From: a virus
IMG/VR virus record: IMGVR_UViG_3300045988_138000
Reading direction: 5' to 3' (one strand)
DNA length: 64,000 nucleotides
The translations under genes were made by a program, and so were the position numbers. Of the stretch, positions 42,473-49,641 are shown piece by piece. Numbering within the stretch: position 1 is the first letter of the stretch; each line of letters begins with the position of its first letter. Under the pieces are notes generated by a model. That model made no database searches. It was not told the origin of the DNA and saw only the letters and a list, made by a program, of their open reading frames with translations.

Positions 42473-43156
42473 TTATTTCCGATTTTCCGCTAATATTTTT
42501 CTCACGCTATAATAAGGCGTATTAAACGGATATTTCACTTCGTTGATGACGTACACCACCATCGGCTCATTCATGCGCAATGTATCTCGACACTCCACAC
42601 GGCCATACATGCCATGTGCCATGAGATTCAGGGCGCACATCTTGCAAGCAATAGGATCGCTGTCCTGTGCCACATACTCGAAGCGGCGGCCAGCCGAATG
42701 GTCCAGTTTGCTCTTATCCATGTAGTGAGCCAGGAGCAAACGTCCGCTACCTGCTGCGCAGTCGTTCACCTTGCCATGATTCCCCGCTCCCAAGGCACTA
42801 ATCCGTGCCATAAGGTCCGAAATACTCTGAGGCGTGAAGAACTGCCCCGTTTTCGATGCCTTGCCACGGCTCAAATACATTTCTTCATACAGGATACCGA
42901 ACACGTCCAGCCACTCGCCACGATTCATCGCTGTTGCCACATCGCCCAGCCACTGGAGGGCGAGAGCGGAAAACTCAGGATTCTGCTCTGTGCAACTCAA
43001 AATGTGCTGGCTATATTCAACGGTGCCAGCCTTGAAAGCGTCAATGCTGAAGAACTCTATAAGATAGTCGCAAAAGTCGCTCAGAGCCAGTTCCTGCGGT
43101 CTGCTATGCTTGTTAGCCTGTTCGGTCAATACGTCGATATACTTCTTTTTATCCAT
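42473..43156 (-). CDS. HsdM/N6-adenine-methylase-like protein lacking the catalytic NPPF/Y motif
   Basis: TGQFFTPQSISDLMA (motif X-like), VNDCAAGSGRLLLA (motif I) and YVAQDSDPIACKMCALNLMAHG...CRDTL. The ORF ends 30 aa later with no NPP[FY]. Confidence 0.6.
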   Translation of the reverse strand: MDKKKYIDVLTEQANKHSRPQELALSDFCDYLIEFFSIDAFKAGTVEYSQHILSCTEQNPEFSALALQWLGDVATAMNRGEWLDVFGILYEEMYLSRGKASKTGQFFTPQSISDLMARISALGAGNHGKVNDCAAGSGRLLLAHYMDKSKLDHSAGRRFEYVAQDSDPIACKMCALNLMAHGMYGRVECRDTLRMNEPMVVYVINEVKYPFNTPYYSVRKILAENRK

Positions 43157-43179
43157 GATTTTCTCAAAATTTTATGTGT

Positions 43180-43216
43180 TCTATAATAGGGCTGCCCTAC
43201 TGCCAGGTGCAGCCCC
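43180..43216 (-). promoter_or_regulatory. hairpin + TATTATAGA intergenic element (copy B)
   Basis: On the minus strand: GGGCTGC-acctggcagtagg-GCAGCCC, then TATTATAGA, then 23 nt to the ATG at 43156. Confidence 0.5.
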
Positions 43217-43228
43217 GTGAATGATGAT

Positions 43229-44035
43229 TTAATAACCCTTCCAAAAGTAAGAGTGATGGCTATACTGGCTTAATGCCTTCTCCTTGGCAAACTCGCGGAT
43301 CTCGTAGTCGTAGCCTTCCATCTCCTTCATAATCGCCTCCGCTTTTCGTGCCAGGCGCAGATAGGCTGCATACTTCTTCTTGGATGCCTTCAGATTATCA
43401 ATAACCGCCAAACGCTCTTTTTTATACTGTTCTATAACAGCAACCGCCTTTTCGGCCTCCAGACGGTCGCCAGTGTTCCACTGCCATTCGTTCGGATTCA
43501 CTTCTTTCTTCTTACCGGTGTAACGGTTGATGCCGTGGCTCCAGTCTGCGGATATTGAAACGTTTGGGCGATATTCCACAATACGGTAATAATCCCAGCA
43601 ATTCAGCTCGAAGCGGTTTTCACCAAACGAACTATAAAAGCCCGTCGCCTCCTTCACGGCATCGTGGAAGCGTTTATTCAGGACCTTTTCATCAAACTTT
43701 CGGCATACCTGAATAAGTCCGTCCAGGGCCTTGATTTCAAGTTTTCTGCGCTCTATCAATGCGTCCGCGTGCTTGCAATACTCCTTCACCTCGTTGACCT
43801 TTTTGTCGGCTTCATGTTTTTTTGCAGCCGCCATAAAGTCCGCCTCCGTACCGATACTGTAGGACTTCTCTTTCCATCCATTCTCGCGACTAAACTGGTG
43901 ATATAAATCTATATACCTCTGCGCATCATCCTTTGTGGCAAAGTGGCACACGCCGTCCAATGTTTCAGACTTCCACAACCACACATCGCCATCGTTGCAA
44001 ATAAGATTTTTTGCTTCAACAAATATCTGGAACAT
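43229..44035 (-). CDS. hypothetical protein
   Basis: 268-aa ORF. Confidence 0.6.
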   Translation of the reverse strand: MFQIFVEAKNLICNDGDVWLWKSETLDGVCHFATKDDAQRYIDLYHQFSRENGWKEKSYSIGTEADFMAAAKKHEADKKVNEVKEYCKHADALIERRKLEIKALDGLIQVCRKFDEKVLNKRFHDAVKEATGFYSSFGENRFELNCWDYYRIVEYRPNVSISADWSHGINRYTGKKKEVNPNEWQWNTGDRLEAEKAVAVIEQYKKERLAVIDNLKASKKKYAAYLRLARKAEAIMKEMEGYDYEIREFAKEKALSQYSHHSYFWKGY

Positions 44036-44058
44036 AATATTCTCAATTTTTTATGTAT

Positions 44059-44094
44059 TCTATAATAGGGCTGCCCTGCTGCCAGGTGCAGCCC
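44059..44094 (-). promoter_or_regulatory. hairpin + TATTATAGA intergenic element (copy C, about 90 percent identical to B)
   Basis: Same architecture as B, 23 nt from the ATG at 44035. Confidence 0.5.
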
Positions 44095-44105
44095 GTGAAT
44101 GATGA

Positions 44106-44498
44106 TTAGTAAGACAAAACGGCTATACGGTAATACTCCGTTTCTCCATCCTCCGGAATGTTGGCAATACACAGATCGCCTGTAGGTGCCTCGTAAATAT
44201 ACGAGCTGCCTATAATATCATGCACCGTAAACTCGCCTCGCTGCTGGCTGTGTTCGCCGCTGTTGGCTATACATGTGATGCCGTTGTGATAGCCTCCAGC
44301 CGGTGCAGGAAAATCCCCGGCTACCATCCTGTCCTGAAGGAAGCGAGACGAGCGGCGGCCCGCCTCCTTGCTGTGCTGTCTGAGTACCTGAGCCATGAGG
44401 CGCTTTGCCTCGGTCCATCGTGCCTCGTTAAACATATCCCGACGCTGTGGGAAATACTTCTGGTCGTTGCTAACGTTATATAATACTATCTGTGCCAT
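44106..44498 (-). CDS. hypothetical protein
   Basis: 130-aa ORF. Confidence 0.55.
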   Translation of the reverse strand: MAQIVLYNVSNDQKYFPQRRDMFNEARWTEAKRLMAQVLRQHSKEAGRRSSRFLQDRMVAGDFPAPAGGYHNGITCIANSGEHSQQRGEFTVHDIIGSSYIYEAPTGDLCIANIPEDGETEYYRIAVLSY

Positions 44499-44553
44499 AA
44501 TCTTAAAATATTAAAAGTCTGTGATATTTTTATCTGCCTATAATAAGGCGTTA

Positions 44554-44811
44554 TTAATACTCGATGCAGAGCAATATTGCCACTACAGCTGCAATGATGT
44601 TGTAGCCGACAAACTGCCAGCCGGTGCACTTTATGGGGTCGCCATCCTGGCCATAAAAGCTGTGCTTGGTTTGGAGCCACTGGCAGACAGTTTTCAGGGC
44701 CGCCAGGGCATTCTTAGCCATGCGAGTGGCGAGTAACACGATAACGGCAAATAAGGCCGTCAGAAGGGCACGTGTGCCCGTTGTGCGTGATATTGTGATA
44801 TTCTGTGCCAT
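44554..44811 (-). CDS. small membrane protein (two TM helices)
   Basis: ALLTALFAVIVLLA and FVGYNIIAAVVAILLCI. Confidence 0.5.
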   Translation of the reverse strand: MAQNITISRTTGTRALLTALFAVIVLLATRMAKNALAALKTVCQWLQTKHSFYGQDGDPIKCTGWQFVGYNIIAAVVAILLCIEY

Positions 44812-44823
44812 GATGATATTGTT

Positions 44824-45498
44824 TTATGCGATTTTCTTCTTCTGTTCTTCCACTTCCTGCCAAAGGCGCTTGTCCGTTCTGCCATAGCCGGCCTCGCCAT
44901 TGGAGCATAGATAGGCGCGATACATTTCCTCGTCGCAATACATTGAGAAAGCCAGCTCAGCCTCGTTTTTCAGCTCGTCTATAATAGCCTCGATCTTGCG
45001 AATAATGTGCGCGGCGTGAATCTTACTGAGCCCCTTATTGTCGTACCAGTTGTCGCGGATCACGTCGTCGGCCTCCAGCTCGTCGTGCTCATACTCAAAC
45101 GTCTCTATATAGCCGTCTATCATGCCGATAACCTTCACTTTCGCGAACCAGTCAAAATTAGCTGCCTCGTAATAGCCGGACGTGCAACCGGCCTGTATAG
45201 TAATATCTATTGACGTACTGCCAAACCAGAAAGTTTTAGTCTTTTCTGAAAATAGAGTTGTAGGGTAATAGCGATCCCCGTCGCATTCCTCTATATCGTT
45301 CCAGCCCTTTGCCTTCAACTCACAAGCCACATTCTCTTTGTCGGCTTCATAATAAGCCTCCGTGTCCAGTTCATCATACTCGCCTAAAAGGTCCTGGTCG
45401 AGTTCGCGCTCGTCAATTTCCTCCTGTGTGTAAAAAACAGGCATACCGAAAACGAAATAACGTGAGGCGTTTTTTAATGCAAAATTAGGTGTACTCAT
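44824..45498 (-). CDS. acidic hypothetical protein
   Basis: 224-aa ORF. Confidence 0.6.
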   Translation of the reverse strand: MSTPNFALKNASRYFVFGMPVFYTQEEIDERELDQDLLGEYDELDTEAYYEADKENVACELKAKGWNDIEECDGDRYYPTTLFSEKTKTFWFGSTSIDITIQAGCTSGYYEAANFDWFAKVKVIGMIDGYIETFEYEHDELEADDVIRDNWYDNKGLSKIHAAHIIRKIEAIIDELKNEAELAFSMYCDEEMYRAYLCSNGEAGYGRTDKRLWQEVEEQKKKIA

Positions 45499-45537
45499 AA
45501 TCTAAAGTATTTTTTATGTTAGTGATTTTATATGTAG

Positions 45538-45564
45538 TCTATAATAGGGAGGCCGGAGTCTCCC
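45538..45564 (-). promoter_or_regulatory. hairpin + TATTATAGA intergenic element (copy D)
   Basis: On the minus strand: GGGAG-actccggc-CTCCC, then TATTATAGA, then 39 nt to the ATG at 45498. Confidence 0.45.
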
Positions 45565-45572
45565 TGGTATGG

Positions 45573-45848
45573 TTAGGCGCAGCGCATGAAATCGTCCAGA
45601 TAATAACGCGTTCCGTATATGGTAAAATACGGACGGCATTCAGCTTCAGGATCACGCGGGCAAGTGTATTTGATGCGCTGCCATCGTTGTGCCGTGTGCT
45701 CGTTTCTGCTGGTGCAGTCGCGCCACAATACCCCTTCTCCTCCATCGTCTATAACGATGCAATAACCGCCATAATTGTTAGTCTGAAGAAAAGCGCAGCC
45801 GAACTTTAAAAGCTCGTCGAACTCCTGTTTTTTAGTGATACGTGCCAT
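45573..45848 (-). CDS. hypothetical protein
   Basis: 91-aa ORF. Confidence 0.55.
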   Translation of the reverse strand: MARITKKQEFDELLKFGCAFLQTNNYGGYCIVIDDGGEGVLWRDCTSRNEHTAQRWQRIKYTCPRDPEAECRPYFTIYGTRYYLDDFMRCA

Positions 45849-45913
45849 AATCTATAAGCCGAATTGCTGTTGCCGCCAGATCTAAATTGTTATTTGTTTC
45901 TTATTTTCGTTTG

Positions 45914-45945
45914 CAAAATTACTATATACATTTGAAATAGCCAAA
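45914..45945 (-). promoter_or_regulatory. Bacteroidota-type promoter (TTTG-N20-TAATTTTG) inside a duplicated about 97-nt module
   Basis: On the plus strand, caaaatta lies at 45914-45921 and caaa at 45942-45945. The module at 45890-45986 is about 80 percent identical to 48246-48342. Confidence 0.6.
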
Positions 45946-46160
45946 TATTTAAATTAAAAAGTTATCAAATACATTTATTTTTAACGTTTATACACAATTA
46001 TATGTATTTGTAATAGGTATTATTTACATTTGTTTACAATTCCCTGATCTCTGTGATATGCTATAAAGTCTATAACGAGCTGCCAGGAGTGGGGGCACCG
46101 CTGCAAAATCTCTAAAATCTGTGATATACTATAATATGTATAACGTAACAAAGTGGGCAC

Positions 46161-46588
46161 CATTGAGGCGCACCAGGAACGGCGCAACGGTGCAACGGGC
46201 AACACTCCACACCTGGCAGCATCGAGGCACCAGGACGGCGCAAAATGGTGCAACGGACAACACTCCACGCCTGGCAGCATCGAGGCACACCAGGAAGGCG
46301 CAAATGGCACGGCGGCAATACTCCACACCTGGCAGCATTGAGGCGCCAGGAACGGCGCAAAAGGGCACGGCGGCAATACGTCCACACCTGGCAGCATCGA
46401 GGCGCACCAGGAACGGCGCAAAGGGTGCACGGGTAACACTCCACACCTGGCAGCATTGAGGCGCACCAGGAAGGCGCAAATGGCACGGCGGCAATACTCC
46501 ACACCTGGCAGCATTGAGGCGCACCAGGAAGGCGCAAATGGCACGGCGGCAATACTCCACACCTGGCAGCATTGAGGCGCACCAGGAA
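46161..46588. repeat. GC-rich tandem repeat array 1 (58-59-nt unit, about 7.5 copies)
   Basis: The unit is ctccacacctggcagcattgaggcgcaccaggaaggcgcaaatggcacggcggcaata. Copies start at 46205, 46263, 46321, 46380, 46439, 46497 and 46555. There are 15 CCWGG sites. Confidence 0.9.
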
Positions 46589-46590
46589 CG

Positions 46591-46622
46591 AAAAAAAACG
46601 GGCTGCAAACAATTTGCAGCCC
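46591..46622 (-). terminator. intrinsic terminator of gene 46631..46981
   Basis: On the minus strand: gggctgcaaa-ttg-tttgcagccc (a 10-bp stem) followed by T8. Confidence 0.8.
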
Positions 46623-46630
46623 GCGAACGG

Positions 46631-46981
46631 TTAAAACATCCGATATAATTCATTATACATATTATATGTATTATCTTGATTCAAGAACTCAAGGAAGGCC
46701 GCGGCGCGTTTTTTAGTTAAAACTTTGTAGTTATGCAAAGTTAAAAACGCTTTCTTTGCGGCCGCCTTAATCTTCTCGAGTACGTCAATAATAACGTTTT
46801 TTATTGCGCTTTGGTACAGGTAACTTTCCCACGTTCTGTTATAATAACGTATCTTTGTGCGGGCAACTTTGAACGTGTTATTTTTATATAATGTAACTTC
46901 GTGTCCCCAACTGGTGCGAGTTCTCCAGGACTCGCACACAAATGTAAATTTTACGCCGTTTATTTCTTTGTTATAAATCAT
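46631..46981 (-). CDS. hypothetical protein
   Basis: 116-aa ORF followed by a strong terminator. Confidence 0.6.
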   Translation of the reverse strand: MIYNKEINGVKFTFVCESWRTRTSWGHEVTLYKNNTFKVARTKIRYYNRTWESYLYQSAIKNVIIDVLEKIKAAAKKAFLTLHNYKVLTKKRAAAFLEFLNQDNTYNMYNELYRMF

Positions 46982-47016
46982 AATATTAAGTATTTTTGTT
47001 ATTGTTAGATATTTAT

Positions 47017-47349
47017 TTATTTTTCGCAGAAGGTACGAGCCCAGAAGCTGCAGACCTCGAAAGACGAGCGGCGACCATTGCAGAAAGCGGGAAAAAGACG
47101 CTCAACCACTGCCAAGGCATTTGTTTCGATATTCATTGCCACCTCAAACGCAGGACCAAGCAAGAAAAAGAAGGAGAGAACGACACGCGCGGCGATACCG
47201 GTAATACAAAATACACTAATTAATGAAACAAGGAGATAGACACAACCTAACAGAGCGGAAACAGTTAGGACGATCACAACGAGGAGAGAGAGAAGGAAGG
47301 CGGCACGCTTGGCGGCCTTTACTGAATTATTTACAAAATTTGTCTTCAT
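47017..47349 (-). CDS. membrane protein
   Basis: 110 aa with two or three hydrophobic helices (AAFLLSLLVVIVLTVSALLGCVYLLVSLISVFCITGIAA...). Confidence 0.5.
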   Translation of the reverse strand: MKTNFVNNSVKAAKRAAFLLSLLVVIVLTVSALLGCVYLLVSLISVFCITGIAARVVLSFFFLLGPAFEVAMNIETNALAVVERLFPAFCNGRRSSFEVCSFWARTFCEK

Positions 47350-47381
47350 AATCTATATATTTTTTTAAGTTGTTAGATGAA

Positions 47382-47400
47382 GGACCGGCGGCGCCGGTCC
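47382..47400. terminator. GC palindrome hairpin (copy 1)
   Basis: ggaccggcggcgccggtcc, just after the stop of 47411..47788. Confidence 0.55.
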
Positions 47401-47410
47401 CTGGTTATTT

Positions 47411-47788
47411 CTATTTTTGCAAACTTGCTATAAAAGCATCTACAGAATCGAAATCATTTTTATTTGAATGATCGTGCAAAAAATTCACTCTAAACTTTTC
47501 ATAACTCGTTATACAATCTTTTCTAACTTTGCCGTTTAAAAAGACACGTTCACCACACGCACCACCACGGGGCGAAACGTTCATAGAGCCACACGCAACC
47601 TTTAAACGATACAAAACGTTTATAACGTCGAATGTTTCAACGTGTTTTGTGTTTTTGTCGCTGTATCCCGTTGTAGCTATACCAAAAACAGCAAGACGAC
47701 AAATTGCTTTATAAACGCGTGAATTTTTACGGATTCCATAATTAAATGGATTCTTTATAAAGCTATGTAATTTATCTATTTGTCTCAT
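47411..47788 (-). CDS. hypothetical protein
   Basis: 125-aa ORF. Confidence 0.55.
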   Translation of the reverse strand: MRQIDKLHSFIKNPFNYGIRKNSRVYKAICRLAVFGIATTGYSDKNTKHVETFDVINVLYRLKVACGSMNVSPRGGACGERVFLNGKVRKDCITSYEKFRVNFLHDHSNKNDFDSVDAFIASLQK

Positions 47789-47820
47789 AATTATAATTAT
47801 TAAAAAATTGTTTGATGTAA

Positions 47821-47839
47821 GGACCGGCGCCGCCGGTCC
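47821..47839. terminator. GC palindrome hairpin (copy 2)
   Basis: ggaccggcgccgccggtcc, just after the stop of 47850..48224. Confidence 0.55.
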
Positions 47840-47849
47840 TGGTTCTTGT

Positions 47850-48224
47850 TTAAAGTTTTATTTCTTTCATGTTCGCCAGATCAAAAATAGCTATCTGGTT
47901 GTTATAACGTCCAAGATCTTTTGCGGTTTGCAAATCGTCTACGATTACGGTTGCGTCAAAATAAAATTGATTATTGTCTCCATTATACCAGCCGCCAAAG
48001 GCGTTTATTTCTGGATGCTCAGAAACGTATTTTACGACGTTTGCCAGACCATCCAGGCCAAAAGAGTCTTGCGTATCTGCAACGGCTACAGCGTAACCGC
48101 TTGTCACCGGCTGCAAGTTGGCAGCGTCCACGGTAAAGCCTTCTTTGTTAGCCATTGCGATCGCTGCAAGTGCGATCAATACTTTAGTTTGTTGTTTATT
48201 CATTGTTTTAATGCGGAATTTCAT
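47850..48224 (-). CDS. hypothetical protein with a signal-peptide-like N-terminus
   Basis: 124 aa, containing KVLIALAAIAMA. Confidence 0.55.
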   Translation of the reverse strand: MKFRIKTMNKQQTKVLIALAAIAMANKEGFTVDAANLQPVTSGYAVAVADTQDSFGLDGLANVVKYVSEHPEINAFGGWYNGDNNQFYFDATVIVDDLQTAKDLGRYNNQIAIFDLANMKEIKL

Positions 48225-48270
48225 ACTGTTGCCCCCAGCTTTATATTATTTGTTTCTTGTTTTACAGTTG

Positions 48271-48302
48271 CAAAAGTACTACATATAATTGTAATAGCCA
48301 AA
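48271..48302 (-). promoter_or_regulatory. Bacteroidota-type promoter (TTTG-N20-TACTTTTG), second copy of the duplicated module
   Basis: On the plus strand, caaaagta lies at 48271-48278 and caaa at 48299-48302. Confidence 0.6.
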
Positions 48303-48430
48303 TTTTTCGATTAAAAAGTTATCAAATGTATTTATTTTTAACCTCCTTAAACAAATATATATGATTTGTTTACACTTATTTGCAAATAGATATAATTGCA
48401 TACCTTATTATATATAGGGTCGTTGCGGTT

Positions 48431-48878
48431 CTGGTGGCTGGTGGCTCCCTGGTGGCCGCCTCCCTGGTTCCAGTGGTGGAGGTGCCTCCCTGGTGGCTGG
48501 TGCCTCCCTGGTGGCTGCCTTCCTGGTGGTGCTGGTGGCCGCCTCCCTGGTTCCAGTGGTGGAGGTGCCTCCCTTGGTGGCTGGTGGCTCCCTGGTGGCC
48601 GCCTTCCTGGTGGTGTTGGTGGTGCCTCCCTGGTTCCAGTGGTGGAGGTGCCTCCCTGGTGGCTGCCTTCCTGGTGGTGCTGGTGGTGCCTCCCTGGTTC
48701 CAGTGGTGGAGGTGCCTCCCTTGGTGGCTGGTGTCCTCGTGGCTGGTGGCTGCCTTCCTGGTGGTGTTGGTGGTGCCTCCCTGGTTCCAGTGGTGGAGGT
48801 GCCTCCCTTGGTGGCTGGTGTCCTCGTGGCTGGTGGCTGCCTTCCTGGTGGTGCTGGTGGTGCCTCCCTGGTTCCTCG
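48431..48878. repeat. GC-rich composite tandem repeat array 2
   Basis: The core ctggttccagtggtggaggtgcctccc starts at 48464, 48547, 48630, 48684 and 48781, with a partial copy at 48868. Variable ggtggctg/cttcctggtggtg blocks lie in between. There are 16 CCTGG sites, all in the same orientation. Confidence 0.9.
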
Positions 48879-49224
48879 CCCGCATATTCACAGCCGGACA
48901 CGCGGGCGGGGGCACGCAAGGCTCCTCAGTGCGGCGGCGCTCTCGCTTGTGAATCGAAGTTGCAAGGAAAGTTTGCTGGATGCGATTGCTCTAATTATCA
49001 ATTATTTAGGTTTTCCTTTCGGGATGGCTTTTACAGGTTGGCTTTTCTGTTAAGCCTTTGATTATTAACTATTTATAGGGGCGAAAGAATAATTCAGATA
49101 CAACAAAACAGATTATATACCTCTCTTTTTTTACAAAAAAATACAAAAGAAAACGCTGCAAACAGATAAAACTATACTCTTTTGAACAGAAATAAACGTA
49201 TATAATAATTATTTTTCAGAAAAA

Positions 49225-49256
49225 CTTGCAAAATACAAATATATGTATTAACTTTG
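49225..49256 (+). promoter_or_regulatory. Bacteroidota-type promoter (TTG-N20-TAACTTTG)
   Basis: cttg at 49225-49228 and taactttg at 49249-49256. The ATG is at 49282. Confidence 0.55.
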
Positions 49257-49281
49257 CAGCCAAAACAATACAAATATAAAC

Positions 49282-49575
49282 ATGAGAACGAAAATTGACA
49301 TTCGTCGCGCCATAAAAGAGCGCGGTTACACCATTACGTCTTTCTGTCAGAAGTTCGACCTAAAGACGCAGAACATCATTCAGAATTACATCAAAGGAAA
49401 CCCTACAATAAAACGTTTGGAGGACCTTTGCGAGAAACTGGATTGCGACATCACTGATTTGTTCTATCCAATAGGCGATTCGAGCGATGCACAGCCTACT
49501 ATCAACACCACCGCCTTCTGTCCTCATTGTGGTGCAAAGGTTCGTGTCGGTGTGATGCTCCTGCCCGAAGAATAA
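49282..49575 (+). CDS. HTH (XRE-like) regulator with a C-terminal zinc-ribbon-like CxxC
   Basis: IRRAIKERGYTITSFCQKFDLKTQNIIQNYIKGNPTIKRLEDLCEKLDCDITDLF, followed by FCPHCGAKV. Confidence 0.7.
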   Translation: MRTKIDIRRAIKERGYTITSFCQKFDLKTQNIIQNYIKGNPTIKRLEDLCEKLDCDITDLFYPIGDSSDAQPTINTTAFCPHCGAKVRVGVMLLPEE

Positions 49576-49610
49576 AAAATCCCACGGCAAGCCGTGTGCC
49601 TACCGTGGGA
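49574..49610 (-). terminator. intrinsic terminator (minus sense; also closes the plus-strand HTH gene)
   Basis: tcccacgg-N15-ccgtggga, followed on the minus strand by T6. Confidence 0.7.
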
Positions 49611-49641
49611 AATGTTAAGGCCTTTGTGTGCAAGCCAGCCT

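Noticed and set aside
42441-45546. Reading the plus-strand CTATAATAGGG as sigma-70 -10 boxes or T7-like promoters driving antisense transcripts
   Set aside because: No plus-strand genes or terminators follow them, no single-subunit RNAP is in the window, and the fixed distance to minus-strand ATGs fits a minus-strand role better. I kept it only as an alternative in the finding.
46020-46653. Overlapping ORFs of 112-180 aa in several frames across tandem array 1
   Set aside because: They are open only because the GC-rich repeat lacks stop codons in all six frames. Their sequences are repetitive and rich in Cys, Arg and Trp, and they run into promoter and terminator DNA.
46161-48878. The two repeat arrays as CRISPR arrays (AT-rich leader-like module plus repeats)
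   Set aside because: The units are directly tandem with no unique spacers. Variation is point divergence within homologous units. There are no cas genes in the window.
48347-49061. ORFs of 179-221 aa (P/H/Q/G- or W-rich) across tandem array 2
   Set aside because: This is the same six-frame openness of a stop-free repeat. The ORFs extend into the AT-rich promoter module, and none has a credible start context. A profile search for collagen-like or PE/PPE-like repeat proteins would be the decisive test.
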